Positions 31,601 through 39,493 of a stretch of DNA of 64,000 nt are shown here, piece after piece. This stretch comes from Myxococcota bacterium (GTDB lineage: Bacteria > Myxococcota_A > UBA9160 > PR03): assembly GCA_041611735.1 (NCBI GenBank), contig JBFIML010000021.1:1-64000 (forward strand). Direction: 5' to 3'. Position 1 is the stretch's first letter, and each line of letters begins with the position of its first letter. The translations under genes and the position numbers were made by a program. The notes beneath the pieces were generated by a model, which was not told the DNA's origin, did not search any database, and saw only the letters and a program-made list of their open reading frames with translations.

Positions 31601-33574
31601 GCGCACGCGCGGCTCGCCCGCCTGGCGGCGCGCGTCGGGCGCCATGAGCAGGCCCTGCGCGTGGCCGCGCGGGCCCTGGAGCTCGCCGCGGGGGACGACG
31701 ACCTGGCCGCCGCGGAGCGCGTGGAGACCGCACTGGTGGGAGCACAGAGCGCGCGCCAGGTGGGCGACGTCGAGCAGGTCGAACGCCTGGCCTCGATGGC
31801 CCTGGCCTTGGCACCGGACCACGCCGAGGCCCTGAGGCTACGGGGTGTCGCCCGTCATGCACGGGGCGATCGGACCGGCGCGCGCCGCGACCTGGAGATG
31901 CATCTCGCCGCAAGCGACGCGCCGGATCGCGCCGACTCCCTGGAACTCCTGGCCTCGGTGCTGGAGGCCGAAGGGGACGCGGAGGGCGCCCTGGTCCGCT
32001 ATCGGGAGGCCCTCGGGCTCCAGGCGAGCCGCGAAGAGGCGCAGGCCGGGATGGTTCGCCTGCTCGAGCAGCTCGGCCGGCCGCAGGAGGCAGCCCGGAC
32101 GCTGCGGGCCTGGGCCGACGCCACCCCGGACGGCAGGGCCCGGGCCGAGCGGCTGGTTCACGCAGCCCGGCTCGAGCACGCGGCACGCGGTGGCATGACG
32201 GAGGTGGAGCGACTGCTGCGCGAGGCGCTGGCCGCCGACACCTCCCATGCGCCCGCCTGGCAGCAGCTGGTGGAGCTGCTCTGGAACGCACGACGTCACC
32301 GGGAGGCCCTGGAAGCCGCCACCCGGGCGCTCGAACAGGTGGGCGAGCCGCGCGCGCGCGCTCCCCTCCTCGAGCTCCGCGCACGCGCTCTGGAACGGGA
32401 GGGCCGCATCCGAGAAGCCGCCGAGGCCTATGGGGAGACGGCCGAGGCGGAGCCCGCCGCCGCCGCCGCCGCCCTGACCGGGGCGCGGCTCCTGCGCGGC
32501 CTGGGCGACTGGCGCGGCGCCGCCGACCTACTGGCGGGCTTCGCGGAGAACGCCGACGAGGCGCCGGACCGGGCGGCCACGGCCCGGGTGCTGCTCCAGC
32601 TGGGACGCCTGCGGGCCGGCCCGCTGGAGGACATCGACGGGGCCACCACCGCCTATCGACGCGCCCTGGCCCTGGCCCCCGAGCTGGGGGAAGCCGAAGA
32701 GGCGCTGGCGGGGCTCCTCACGCACCGGCCGGACGCCTGGGACGAGGCGGTGGAGCGGCACGTGCAGCTGCTGGCGGTGGAGCCGGCGCGCGTCGCCTCG
32801 ATCCGGGACCTCGTGCGCATCGCCCGGGGTCGCAAGGCCTCCGACGCCGAACCCGGGGGGCTCGCCATCCTGCGCGCCCTCGGAGCCGCTTCTCCCGAAG
32901 AGCGTTCCGCGGCGCCGGCCCGCCTCCCCTTCCGGGTGGCCAGCGCCCCCGCGCTGTCGGACCCGGTCTTCGAGGCCGTGCGTCGCGCCGTGTGCGAGGC
33001 CGCTCCGGCCCTGGCCGAAGCCATGGGGGCCTCCCGCCAGGCCGGCATCCCGGCCAGCGAGGATCCCCTGTCGCGCTTCCGTCACGCCCGTCTGGCCGCG
33101 GAGGGCGAGCTCTCCGCGCCGGCCCTGGTGCCGCTGCCCGCCCGGGAGCTCAAGCAGGTCCTGCACATCCTGATCCGCCTGGCCCACGAGCAGGAGACCA
33201 TCCAGGGCGACGGCCATCTGGTGAACGCGCTCTCCAGCGCCCTCGGTCGCCGCCAGCGGCGACGGCTGCGGCGTGCCTTCGGCGAGCTGGCCCCGGCGCG
33301 GCTCGAGGCCGTGGAGGCCGAGGCGTGGCGCAGCGAGCTGCGGGCCCTCGCCGACGCGGTGGCCCTGGACCGCACGGGCGGCGACCTGCGCCATGCCCTG
33401 TGTGCGCTGCTGGCGGACGCCAGCGCCGCCGAGGTGCGCGGGCTTCCGCCCGAAGCCGATCTCACACCCTGGCTGGCGGAGCCGTCGGACGCCCGCCGAC
33501 TGATCGAGCGCGTGGTGCGGGTGTGGACCGCCCGGGTCAGCGCCCGTCGCCCGGGAGGAGGCCTGGGTGGCTGA
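25670..33574 (+). CDS. Giant tetratricopeptide-repeat alpha-solenoid protein (2634 aa), reminiscent of myxobacterial AgmK-type proteins
   Basis: GTG follows GAGGAG. Dozens of TPR-like units (e.g. AVECYRRAIQLEP, AAADAYREVLQHRP). No signal peptide or catalytic motif seen. Confidence 0.85.
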   Translation: MAGQIERQRERFETDPADRVAFEALEEQFFLHGAWSELTALYERRLGAEPVQVNPAESARILFRLGQVLEERCQNPDRAVECYRRAIQLEPSFRPPVRQLRRLHAARGQWEVALQLADVEGRTRMRPYERAEFLVEMGSLWLRKVGDAEQAIAQFEHALAEVPDQEDALVGLARALEELGRLPEAAETWQRVVERVRGPDRAPALVARARLLEALGRGDKAPELYRAALQEDPRHREAVDALAELAAAGERWEELASLLEQRFDLAAGAIRRAAIALDAGRLHLDRLGDLAAARRWFSRALELFPDDPSVHLALGEVERRAGRPDVQARHLERALDLAEDDDGSPEVLLQAARSSAESGDPEAALAQYRRAAQQVPESRAALDCLDQALVGAGRDAERVDVLERRAALADAQPEQQAAALVELGRIHDEHIGDLHAARDAYERARRAHPARPGLAAALDRVLVKLGDWEGRRRLLEDAVASAPAAEQPELYVTLGEMLFEREGDSAAASRAFDRALALEPGSPRALAGLARVAAASGDEDSLLRTYEREVSITRDRERLAALAREIVRVCEARGSPERALPSVEWWVRTAPGESAPLQELARLQEELGRTDELVETLQRLDAVLSGPERAGVRRRLGFLHAAEGWTSQAIDAWFGALELDPNDPRVLEALGHALAEENRHREQAEVLRHLAEQLPPAQRGRCLADLGRLLSEHLGDPVGAMAALERAIESGSDAPEVSERLEALLEQSGRHEDLLRRLEQRRARLDDEAPEALALDLRRARLLLDALGRSDEAAALYRELRRRAPHDPAVLDGLEQAARSARDGTSLADLLEARAARESDPERRARLQLERARVLEETLEQLEEAREVYATLADGPGDAEGVQEAASRLEALLERVGDHAALCERLEARIVGAGSEERAELHLRVGRIARERLGERARAIYHLEAAASLRPERAEAWTGLARLYEEMDRLPELLRALEGELAAGPTPERELALRARAGRLCAGPLEDPARAEQHFRRVLEIDPVHPEAGEFVVACLEREERFAEMLPILEARLRGFEEDPDPQQGERRTSLRLRLAALRADRAGDLDGAIELLEAALREMGAMAAVTAPLADLYERAGRGEALVALCRQAAEVAELPAERAEWRLRLGHALRARGAAQEAAQALRAVLVERPDDRSAREALRDLYRELDEPEPLVRLLEYELRHCTGASEIPLRRELAELTGQRLERPADALAHLRRVLELGPGDWAAREQALALAEQLDRPEEAVALIDAALERDDARRRHADLWARRGALLGEALGRLDAAADSYRRAIELDPGRAGLRRELRRALEALERWPELLECLRRDADLAQDAERVALLEQGARMAEQHLDDDAALAWYEQLRVARPHDPGPLFRIADLHRRGDRPEALERALAEAARRLPEGDRRRDLELERAHVLEHRLGSPARALAALEEARRIDPEHPQAIHELERLYDVTGRGRELAALLAARISSARGEERTRLLGRIASLHTERLHDPGQAVETLRSALTVADLPAAARIDLLRRLGEALCAAGRTEEWAGTAEQELEALPADEPVFRERRAALHLELARSYERELARPRSALRHLRALVDDDLPEHAEEPWVRRDEAEGLLIDLLRAEGNHVELARRLAEQLVVEPDPEGWLELARLREERLWAPAAAADAYREVLQHRPACPDALRGLRRVCERIADWAEVARTLERELAADAELSAPERAALGRRLGQVCWHRLGDTTRASRAFAAALEAEPRDRVSLRTLQSLFEAMGDWRGALDLYASELDLLGEDETARRQELWLKRAALARERLDDPEEASRAFAAAADLGHLPVRARAAWARLLERLGHRERHADVFASWCDDPETDAQATDLLRLANALEELGRGDEALARLERAVEMDPGCGEAWARLARLRTSRGEAEAAAQAWAKRGELAVGGEAAQAFCAAAAGCEATDPERAVELLERGIAQDATSAVAHARLARLAARVGRHEQALRVAARALELAAGDDDLAAAERVETALVGAQSARQVGDVEQVERLASMALALAPDHAEALRLRGVARHARGDRTGARRDLEMHLAASDAPDRADSLELLASVLEAEGDAEGALVRYREALGLQASREEAQAGMVRLLEQLGRPQEAARTLRAWADATPDGRARAERLVHAARLEHAARGGMTEVERLLREALAADTSHAPAWQQLVELLWNARRHREALEAATRALEQVGEPRARAPLLELRARALEREGRIREAAEAYGETAEAEPAAAAAALTGARLLRGLGDWRGAADLLAGFAENADEAPDRAATARVLLQLGRLRAGPLEDIDGATTAYRRALALAPELGEAEEALAGLLTHRPDAWDEAVERHVQLLAVEPARVASIRDLVRIARGRKASDAEPGGLAILRALGAASPEERSAAPARLPFRVASAPALSDPVFEAVRRAVCEAAPALAEAMGASRQAGIPASEDPLSRFRHARLAAEGELSAPALVPLPARELKQVLHILIRLAHEQETIQGDGHLVNALSSALGRRQRRRLRRAFGELAPARLEAVEAEAWRSELRALADAVALDRTGGDLRHALCALLADASAAEVRGLPPEADLTPWLAEPSDARRLIERVVRVWTARVSARRPGGGLGG

Positions 33575-33932
33575 TATGGTGCCGCACCCGGAGCGCCGCC
33601 AGCACCGACGGCGCAGCGTCCGCTTCCTGGTGGACTACGTGAGCCGCCACGGGGTTCGCTGCGAGTACGCCAACACGCTGGGAGCCGGTGGCCTGTTCGT
33701 CGAGAGCGACGACCCGCTGCCCCAAGGTGCCCCGCTGCGCCTGCGCTTCCGCCTGCCGGGGGGCGATCGTCTGCACGAGGTGGAGGGTCGGGTGGTCTGG
33801 TCCCAGCGCTCGCAGCCGCTGGAGGCCAGCGCACGAGCACCGGGCATGGGGGTTCAGTTCACGGATCGGGTCTCGGCCGCGGGCGTGGTGCGGGAAATCG
33901 AGGACATGCCCGACTGGCTCGGGCTGCTCTAG
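33567..33932 (+). CDS. Stand-alone PilZ-domain protein (TIGR02266-like)
   Basis: ERRQHRR, GGLFVES, LRFRLPG, GRVVW, PGMGVQF. Overlaps the TPR gene stop. Confidence 0.88.
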   Translation: MADMVPHPERRQHRRRSVRFLVDYVSRHGVRCEYANTLGAGGLFVESDDPLPQGAPLRLRFRLPGGDRLHEVEGRVVWSQRSQPLEASARAPGMGVQFTDRVSAAGVVREIEDMPDWLGLL

Positions 33933-33971
33933 CCCGGTCCTCTCACCCGATCACGGAGCCAGGCATCCGGG

Positions 33972-34895
33972 CTAGCCCCCGGCGACTCCCATCCGCACGG
34001 CTCGCCCCACCGTCCCTTCCGGGACGAAGGGCTCCACGAGGCGGGGCCCCTCGAGGCTCCAGGCCTCCGGGTGGTCCACCAGCTCGGCCACCAGGCGCTG
34101 GTGCAGGGCATGGCCGCCGCGCACCACCTGCACGTGACCGAGCACGGGAACGCCCAGCAAGGCCAGGTCGCCCAGCAGGTCCAGGATCTTGTGGCGCACG
34201 AACTCGTCGGCGAAGCGCACGCTCTCACGGTTCAGGACGCGCGTCTCGTCCAGCACCACGGTGTTGTCGAGGGAGCCACCCCGGGCCAGTCCGGCCCGCC
34301 ACAGGCTCTCGACCTCGCGCAGGAAGCCGAAAGTACGCGCCCGGCAGATCTCGCGCTCGAAGACGGTCTCGTCGATTTCGAGGTCGTGGATCGCCTGGCG
34401 TCCGATGGCCGGGTGGTCGAAGTCCACCTGGTAGGAGATGCGCAGGGAGCGGGCCGGCTCGATGCGGATCCAGCGCTCGCCGTCCACCACCTCCAGGGGC
34501 CGACGCACGCGGAGCAGCGAGCGCACAGCTCGCTGCTCGAAGAGCCCGGCGGCGCGCAGCAGGAACACGAACGACGCGGCGCTGCCGTCCATGACCGGGA
34601 TCTCGGGCCCGTTCACCTCCACCCGCACGTTGTCGATGCCGAGGCCGTACAGGGCCGCGAGCAGGTGCTCGACGGTCCCGATCGTGGCCGAGCCGCGACC
34701 CAGCGTGGTCGCCAGCCGCGTGTCCGCCAGGGCTGCCGGACGCGCCGGGATCTCCACAGGGTGGGCGCCGTCGCAGCGGACCAGGACGATCCCGCTGTTG
34801 GCCCGGGCCGGATGCAGGGTGAGGTCCACGGGCGCTCCGGTATGGAGGCCGATGCCCGTACACGAGATCTTCTCGGCGATGGTTCTCTGGCGCAC
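33972..34895 (-). CDS. lpxC: UDP-3-O-acyl-N-acetylglucosamine deacetylase
   Basis: RQRTI, GIGLHTG, TVEHLLAAL, EIPVMDGSA, RARTFGF, RHKILDLLGD, GGHALH. GTG start at 34895. Confidence 0.96.
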   Translation of the reverse strand: MRQRTIAEKISCTGIGLHTGAPVDLTLHPARANSGIVLVRCDGAHPVEIPARPAALADTRLATTLGRGSATIGTVEHLLAALYGLGIDNVRVEVNGPEIPVMDGSAASFVFLLRAAGLFEQRAVRSLLRVRRPLEVVDGERWIRIEPARSLRISYQVDFDHPAIGRQAIHDLEIDETVFEREICRARTFGFLREVESLWRAGLARGGSLDNTVVLDETRVLNRESVRFADEFVRHKILDLLGDLALLGVPVLGHVQVVRGGHALHQRLVAELVDHPEAWSLEGPRLVEPFVPEGTVGRAVRMGVAGG

Positions 34896-34932
34896 CTTGG
34901 CTCCCCCCCCCGGTCCCCTTGGCGGAGAAAGA

Positions 34933-34948
34933 AGCAAGGCACGTGCCA
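34933..34948 (-). promoter_or_regulatory. Sigma54 (-24/-12) promoter of lpxC
   Basis: TGGCACG-TGCC-TTGCT matches the TGGCACG-N4-TTGCW consensus, about 40 nt upstream of the start. Confidence 0.85.
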
Positions 34949-34997
34949 GAATGGAGTGAAGAGACGTGCTGCGACGCGGCATAGCCATCTTTATTCT

Positions 34998-35010
34998 TTT
35001 CAATGGGTTA
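34998..35010 (+). promoter_or_regulatory. Putative IHF binding site
   Basis: TTTCAATGGGTTA has one mismatch to WATCAA-N4-TTR and is preceded by an AT-rich tract. It lies between the sigma54 site and the upstream palindromes. Confidence 0.6.
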
Positions 35011-35032
35011 CGAGGGCAACAAAAGAAGCGGC

Positions 35033-35082
35033 GCGTTACGCAAGTTTTCCCCCAAGGGAGAAACGTGATCTGCGTGACATTT
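35033..35082. promoter_or_regulatory. Candidate upstream activator sites of the lpxC promoter
   Basis: GCGTTACGC near-palindrome, and AAATGTCA-N6-TCACGTTT (minus strand, CRP-box-like), in an AT-enriched spacer. Confidence 0.4.
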
Positions 35083-35105
35083 TCATTACGGGCGTGATCC
35101 AAGCA

Positions 35106-37688
35106 TCACGCAGGAGGCCGGTCGCTTCCGGCGCCGGCCAGGCCGGCCTGCACCTCCGTCAGGATCTCCCGGGTGCTCTGGTAGCGCTGCGCCGGGTCCT
35201 TGCGCAGGCAGCGCTCCACGATGCGGCACAAGAGCGGTGGCACGCTCGCATTCACCGCGCGCGGGTCGGGCGGTGGGGTGTGCACGTGGTGGTAGGGGAT
35301 GTTGCCCTCCCGGAAGGGCAGCGTGCCCGTCACCAGCTCGAAGACGGTAACGCCCAGGGAGTAGATGTCCGTGCGGTGGTCCACGTTCCGGCCCAGGGTC
35401 TGCTCGGGACTCATGTAGTAGGGGGTCCCAGAGATCAGGGTGGTGTGGTTGCGCACCTCCTCCACGACCTTGGCCAGGCCGAAGTCCATGATCTTGGCCT
35501 TGCGATCCCGGGTCCACATGGTGTTGGCGGTCTTGATGTCGCGGTGCACGATGCGCTTCTCGTGAGCGTAGGCCAGCGCCTCGCACATCTGCACCAGGAC
35601 GTGCAGGACTCCGCGCGGCGCGATGGCTCCGCGCCGGCGGATCACCTCCTTGATCGTGGTGCCGTCCACGAACTCCATGGCGATGTAGTAGCGCCCGTCC
35701 TGCTCGCCGGCGTCGTACACGGTCACGATGTTGGGATGGTTGAGCTGTGCGGCGCTCTTGGCCTCGCGCAGGAAGTTCCGCAGCGCCTGGGGGTTCTCCT
35801 TGAGGGCGTCCGGCAGCACCTTGAAGGCCACGATCCGATCGAGCACCGTGTCCTTCGCCTTGTAGACGATCCCCATACCGCCGCGTCCGATCTCGCCGAG
35901 GATCGTGTAGCGGCCAGAGCGGGCCGGAACCACCGGGCGCGCCCCGCCGTCCTGGCGGGCCTCCGCCGTGAGCTGATTGAGGCGGCGGCGGGCCGCAGCC
36001 AGGCGCTGTTCCACGTCCTCGAAGTGGTAGTCGTGGGCCAGGATCTTCTCGTAGAGATCCACGGCTTCCTGCAGCGCCCCATTCGCCTCGTGGACCGTCG
36101 CCAGCGTGTAGAACACGCGCAGGTTCTCCCGGTCCATGGCGTCCTCGGCCACGGCCTGGTTGAGCTTCTTGATGGCGAGGCTCAGCATGCCGCGCTTCTG
36201 GAAGATCTGGCCCAGCAGCGCGGAGGCGGCGGGAAAGTTCGAGCTGCCGGGCTCGATGCGTTGCAGCGCCTTGATGGCCTCGTCCTCGAGACCGTGGCGG
36301 TGGAAGATCTCGCCGGCCTCGCGCAGTCGTCCGGCGCGCACCAGGGCGTCGGCCTGGCGCCGGCCGTCGCCCACCTCGGCGAAGCAGCCGGCCGCCTCCT
36401 CGTAGCGGCTGGCCTTCAGGTACGACTGGGCCGCCCGGGCCAGATCGCCCGCCGCCCGGAACATCTCGGCGGCCTGGGCCGAATCCCCGTAGCGCTCGTA
36501 GCAGCCTCCGGCCCGCGCGTAGTCCTCCAGCTTTCGATACAGGTCCCCCGCGGCCAGGAGGTCGGCGGCGTGTTCCAGGTAGCGAGCGGCCTCTTCGTCC
36601 TCGCCGCGGTTGCGGTGGTACTCGCCGAGGATGCGTGCAGCCACCTGTTCCTCGCCGAGACGCCGCAGGGCCTCGGCGGCCTTGAGGGGCTCCTGGGCCT
36701 CCAGGAAGAGCTCGGAGGCCTTGGCGTAGCGCTCCCGGCGGAGTGCGATCTCCGCGGCCAGGGCCGGGCAGCCGCCCCGCTCGAGCACGTCCTCGGCCTT
36801 CTCCAGGCGGCCCGCCTGCTCGTAGAGCTTGGCTGCCTGCACGACCATCCGGCGTAGCTCCCGGCGCCGTTTCGGGTCGTGGGACTGGGTGCCCCGGGCT
36901 CCGCCCTCCTCCTGGATCGCGGCCTCGAGCGCCTGGGCGGCGCACTCCCATTCCTGAGCGCGCAGGTAGGCCTGGGCGGCGTGGCGGTGGAAGCCCGCCT
37001 CCTGGTAGCAGTCGGCCGCGCGCCGGTGGTCTCCGGCCTTCTCCAGCATCTCCGCGGCCACGCTCTTGCGGCCGGCGGCCACGAAGCACTCGGCGGCCCG
37101 GCCCGCCTCGTTCTGCGCCGCGAAGATGGTGCCGGCGGACTCGTAGCGGCCTGCCTGGGCATACAGCTCGGCCGCTTCCACGAAGCGGTTCTGGTCGTGG
37201 CGGATCTCCGCCGCCCGCACCAGCTCTCCCGCCTCGATGAACACGTCCGCGGCCCGCTCCGTCAGCCCGCTGGCCAGCAGCAGCTCGGCCGCGTCGGTGA
37301 GGTGCCCCTGGCGCGCCAGGCGATGGGCCTGCTTCTCGATGCGACGCAAGGTCCGCCGGTCGAGCTCGGGCTCCGGCTCGAAGCGCTCCTCCTCCTCCTC
37401 GGCCGGCAGCGGCGTCCGGGAGCGTGCGAGCAGGACGAGAACCGCCAGGCCGAGGCCCCCGCCGAGCAGCACGTAGGCCAGGGGGCCCGCCAGGAAGCGG
37501 CTGAGCAGCTCCGGGGGAGCGCTGCGACCGAGGGCGGAGCCCAGCGTGCGGACCAGCGCCCCCACGTGCTGGGCGGCGACCAGCGTGGCCGGATGCCCGG
37601 GGGCGTGGACGAGGGCGACTCCGAGTCCCCCCGTCACCAGCAGGGGAACTGCCAGGAGCAGCCCGAGCGAGCGCATCAGCCAGCCCAT
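35106..37688 (-). CDS. Membrane-anchored Hanks-type Ser/Thr protein kinase with helical repeat region
   Basis: Two N-terminal hydrophobic segments, 13-residue repeats and a TPR, then a C-terminal kinase (IGRGGMGIVY, VAFK, HRDIKTAN, DFG, GTPYYMSPE, DIYSLG). Confidence 0.92.
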   Translation of the reverse strand: MGWLMRSLGLLLAVPLLVTGGLGVALVHAPGHPATLVAAQHVGALVRTLGSALGRSAPPELLSRFLAGPLAYVLLGGGLGLAVLVLLARSRTPLPAEEEEERFEPEPELDRRTLRRIEKQAHRLARQGHLTDAAELLLASGLTERAADVFIEAGELVRAAEIRHDQNRFVEAAELYAQAGRYESAGTIFAAQNEAGRAAECFVAAGRKSVAAEMLEKAGDHRRAADCYQEAGFHRHAAQAYLRAQEWECAAQALEAAIQEEGGARGTQSHDPKRRRELRRMVVQAAKLYEQAGRLEKAEDVLERGGCPALAAEIALRRERYAKASELFLEAQEPLKAAEALRRLGEEQVAARILGEYHRNRGEDEEAARYLEHAADLLAAGDLYRKLEDYARAGGCYERYGDSAQAAEMFRAAGDLARAAQSYLKASRYEEAAGCFAEVGDGRRQADALVRAGRLREAGEIFHRHGLEDEAIKALQRIEPGSSNFPAASALLGQIFQKRGMLSLAIKKLNQAVAEDAMDRENLRVFYTLATVHEANGALQEAVDLYEKILAHDYHFEDVEQRLAAARRRLNQLTAEARQDGGARPVVPARSGRYTILGEIGRGGMGIVYKAKDTVLDRIVAFKVLPDALKENPQALRNFLREAKSAAQLNHPNIVTVYDAGEQDGRYYIAMEFVDGTTIKEVIRRRGAIAPRGVLHVLVQMCEALAYAHEKRIVHRDIKTANTMWTRDRKAKIMDFGLAKVVEEVRNHTTLISGTPYYMSPEQTLGRNVDHRTDIYSLGVTVFELVTGTLPFREGNIPYHHVHTPPPDPRAVNASVPPLLCRIVERCLRKDPAQRYQSTREILTEVQAGLAGAGSDRPPA

Positions 37689-37789
37689 CCGACCCCGTTT
37701 GCTGGCCTGCGACGCCCCGGGGCGAGCCCCAGCGGCACCGGAAGGCCGGCAGGCAAAGCCGGGGCGGGCCGCCCGCCCCGGCGGCCTGC

Positions 37790-37817
37790 GTATCGGCCGG
37801 CCCGGCGCCGGCTTTGA
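37790..37817 (-). promoter_or_regulatory. Sigma28/FliA-type promoter upstream of the Ser/Thr kinase
   Basis: TCAAA-N15-GCCGATAC on the minus strand, just after the ruvB stop. Confidence 0.65.
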
Positions 37818-37835
37818 GAGGTTTGGGCGGAGGGC

Positions 37836-38885
37836 CTAGAGCAGGCGTCCCGGACGGGGCCCGGGCTCCCGCTCGAAGTGCTCGAAGGCGAGGCGGGTGG
37901 CCACCCGCCCACGTGGCGTGCGGTCCAGGAAGCCGCCCTGGATCAGGAAGGGCTCCACGATGTCCTCCAGCGTGCCCTTGTCCTCGCCGAGGGCGGCCGC
38001 CAGCGTCTCGAGTCCGACCGGGCCTCCATCGAACTTCTCGAGGATCGTGCGCAGCAGGGCCCGATCCAGGCGGTCGAAGCCGGCCTCGTCCACGTCCAGG
38101 CGCTCGAGGCCGTAGCGGGCCAGCTCGCGGGTGACGCGCCCGTCGGGGCTCTTCCCCTGCGCCCGCGCCACCTCCGCGAAGTCGCGCACGCGCCGCAGCA
38201 GGCGCAGCGCGACCCGGGGCGTGCCCCGCGCGCGACGCGCGATCTCCAGCGCCGCCTCGGGCTCCACGTCCAGCTCGAGGCGCACGGCGCAACGCTCCAG
38301 GATACGCGCGAGGTCCGCGGCGGGGTAGTACTCGAGACGGCCCACCCAACCGAAGCGGTCCCGCAGCGGAGCCGACACCAGGCCGGCCCGGGTGGTGGCT
38401 CCGATCAAGGTGAAGCGCGGCAGGTCGAGGCGGATCGAACGCGCGCTGGGACCCTGCCCGATCAGGAGGTCGAGCTGGAAGTCCTCCATGGCCGGGTAGA
38501 GGATCTCCTCCACCGCCGGGCTCAGACGATGGATCTCGTCGATGAAGAGCAGGTCGCCCGCCTCGAGGTTCGAGAGCAGGGCGGCCAGATCCCCGGCCCG
38601 CTCCAGCACCGGCCCGCTCGTGATCCGCAGGGCGGCCTCCATCTCCCGGGCCATCACGTGAGCGAGCGCCGTCTTGCCGAGGCCGGGCGGACCGCAGAAA
38701 AGCAGGTGGTCCAGGGGCTCATTGCGCTCCCGGGCGGCGGTTCCGAACACCCTCAGGTTCTCCCGGAGCCGGTCCTGTCCCACGAACTCGTGGAGGCTGC
38801 GCGGACGGATCGCCGCCTCCAGGCGGCGCTCGCCGGGCAGGGCCTCGCCGGCCAGCTCCGGCTTTTCGTCGGGGAACTGCGTCAC
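37836..38885 (-). CDS. ruvB: Holliday junction DNA helicase RuvB
   Basis: [49 protein letters not shown]. Confidence 0.98.
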   Translation of the reverse strand: MTQFPDEKPELAGEALPGERRLEAAIRPRSLHEFVGQDRLRENLRVFGTAARERNEPLDHLLFCGPPGLGKTALAHVMAREMEAALRITSGPVLERAGDLAALLSNLEAGDLLFIDEIHRLSPAVEEILYPAMEDFQLDLLIGQGPSARSIRLDLPRFTLIGATTRAGLVSAPLRDRFGWVGRLEYYPAADLARILERCAVRLELDVEPEAALEIARRARGTPRVALRLLRRVRDFAEVARAQGKSPDGRVTRELARYGLERLDVDEAGFDRLDRALLRTILEKFDGGPVGLETLAAALGEDKGTLEDIVEPFLIQGGFLDRTPRGRVATRLAFEHFEREPGPRPGRLL

Positions 38886-39493
38886 CGCGAGAGCCCCTGC
38901 AGGGCCACCCGGACCAGGGTCTCCAGGGGCTCGCGCTCGGCGAGGGCCTCGCTGGCCTCGGTCACCGCGCGCTCAGCCTGGCCGCGCGGCGTACCGAGAT
39001 TCACCAGCGCGGAAACCGCCTGCTCGTGCCGGGCGTCGCCGGCCCGCGCCTTCGCGACTCCGCCCGGCCCGGTCGGCGGCTCGGCTGCGAGCTGGACCAC
39101 CCGGTCGCGCAGCTCCACCACGATGCGTTGCGCCGTCTTCGGCCCGACGCCTGGCACCCGGCGCAGGGTCTCCACGTCGCCGGCCCGCAACGCCTCCACC
39201 AGACGCGCCGGGGCGATCCCGGACAGGATCGCCTGGGCCAGCTTCGGCCCGACCCCGCTGGTGCGGATCAGCAGCTCGAACACCGCGCGCTCGCGCTCCG
39301 TGACGAAGCCGAACAGCTGGAGCGTCTCCTCGCGCACATGGGTGTGGATGCGAAGCGCCACGGTCTTGCCGTCGTCCGGGAGCTCCGCGTACGTACTGAG
39401 GGACACCAGCACGTCGTACCCCACGCCGCCCACGTCCACGACCACCCGGGTGGGGCTCTTGTCGCGCAGCACGCCCTCGAGCCGCGCGATCAT
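38882..39493 (-). CDS. ruvA: Holliday junction branch migration protein RuvA
   Basis: [43 protein letters not shown]. Confidence 0.97.
   Translation of the reverse strand: MIARLEGVLRDKSPTRVVVDVGGVGYDVLVSLSTYAELPDDGKTVALRIHTHVREETLQLFGFVTERERAVFELLIRTSGVGPKLAQAILSGIAPARLVEALRAGDVETLRRVPGVGPKTAQRIVVELRDRVVQLAAEPPTGPGGVAKARAGDARHEQAVSALVNLGTPRGQAERAVTEASEALAEREPLETLVRVALQGLSR

Noticed and set aside
25598-32384. Long minus-strand ORFs (1460, 610, 766 aa) opposite the TPR gene
   Set aside because: Stop-poor shadow frames of a GC-rich gene, with no motifs and low-complexity R/A/G/P or mirror-codon composition.
33929-33975. 9-bp inverted repeat (ctagcccgg/ccgggctag) spanning the convergent PilZ and lpxC stops
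   Set aside because: Long loop and no U-tract on either side. Partly explained by two TAG stops in GC-rich DNA.
34896-35105. AT-rich patch as a foreign insertion or an N-terminal extension of LpxC
   Set aside because: Better explained as a sigma54/IHF regulatory region. No integrase, terminal repeats or target duplication, and LpxC homology starts at RQRT.
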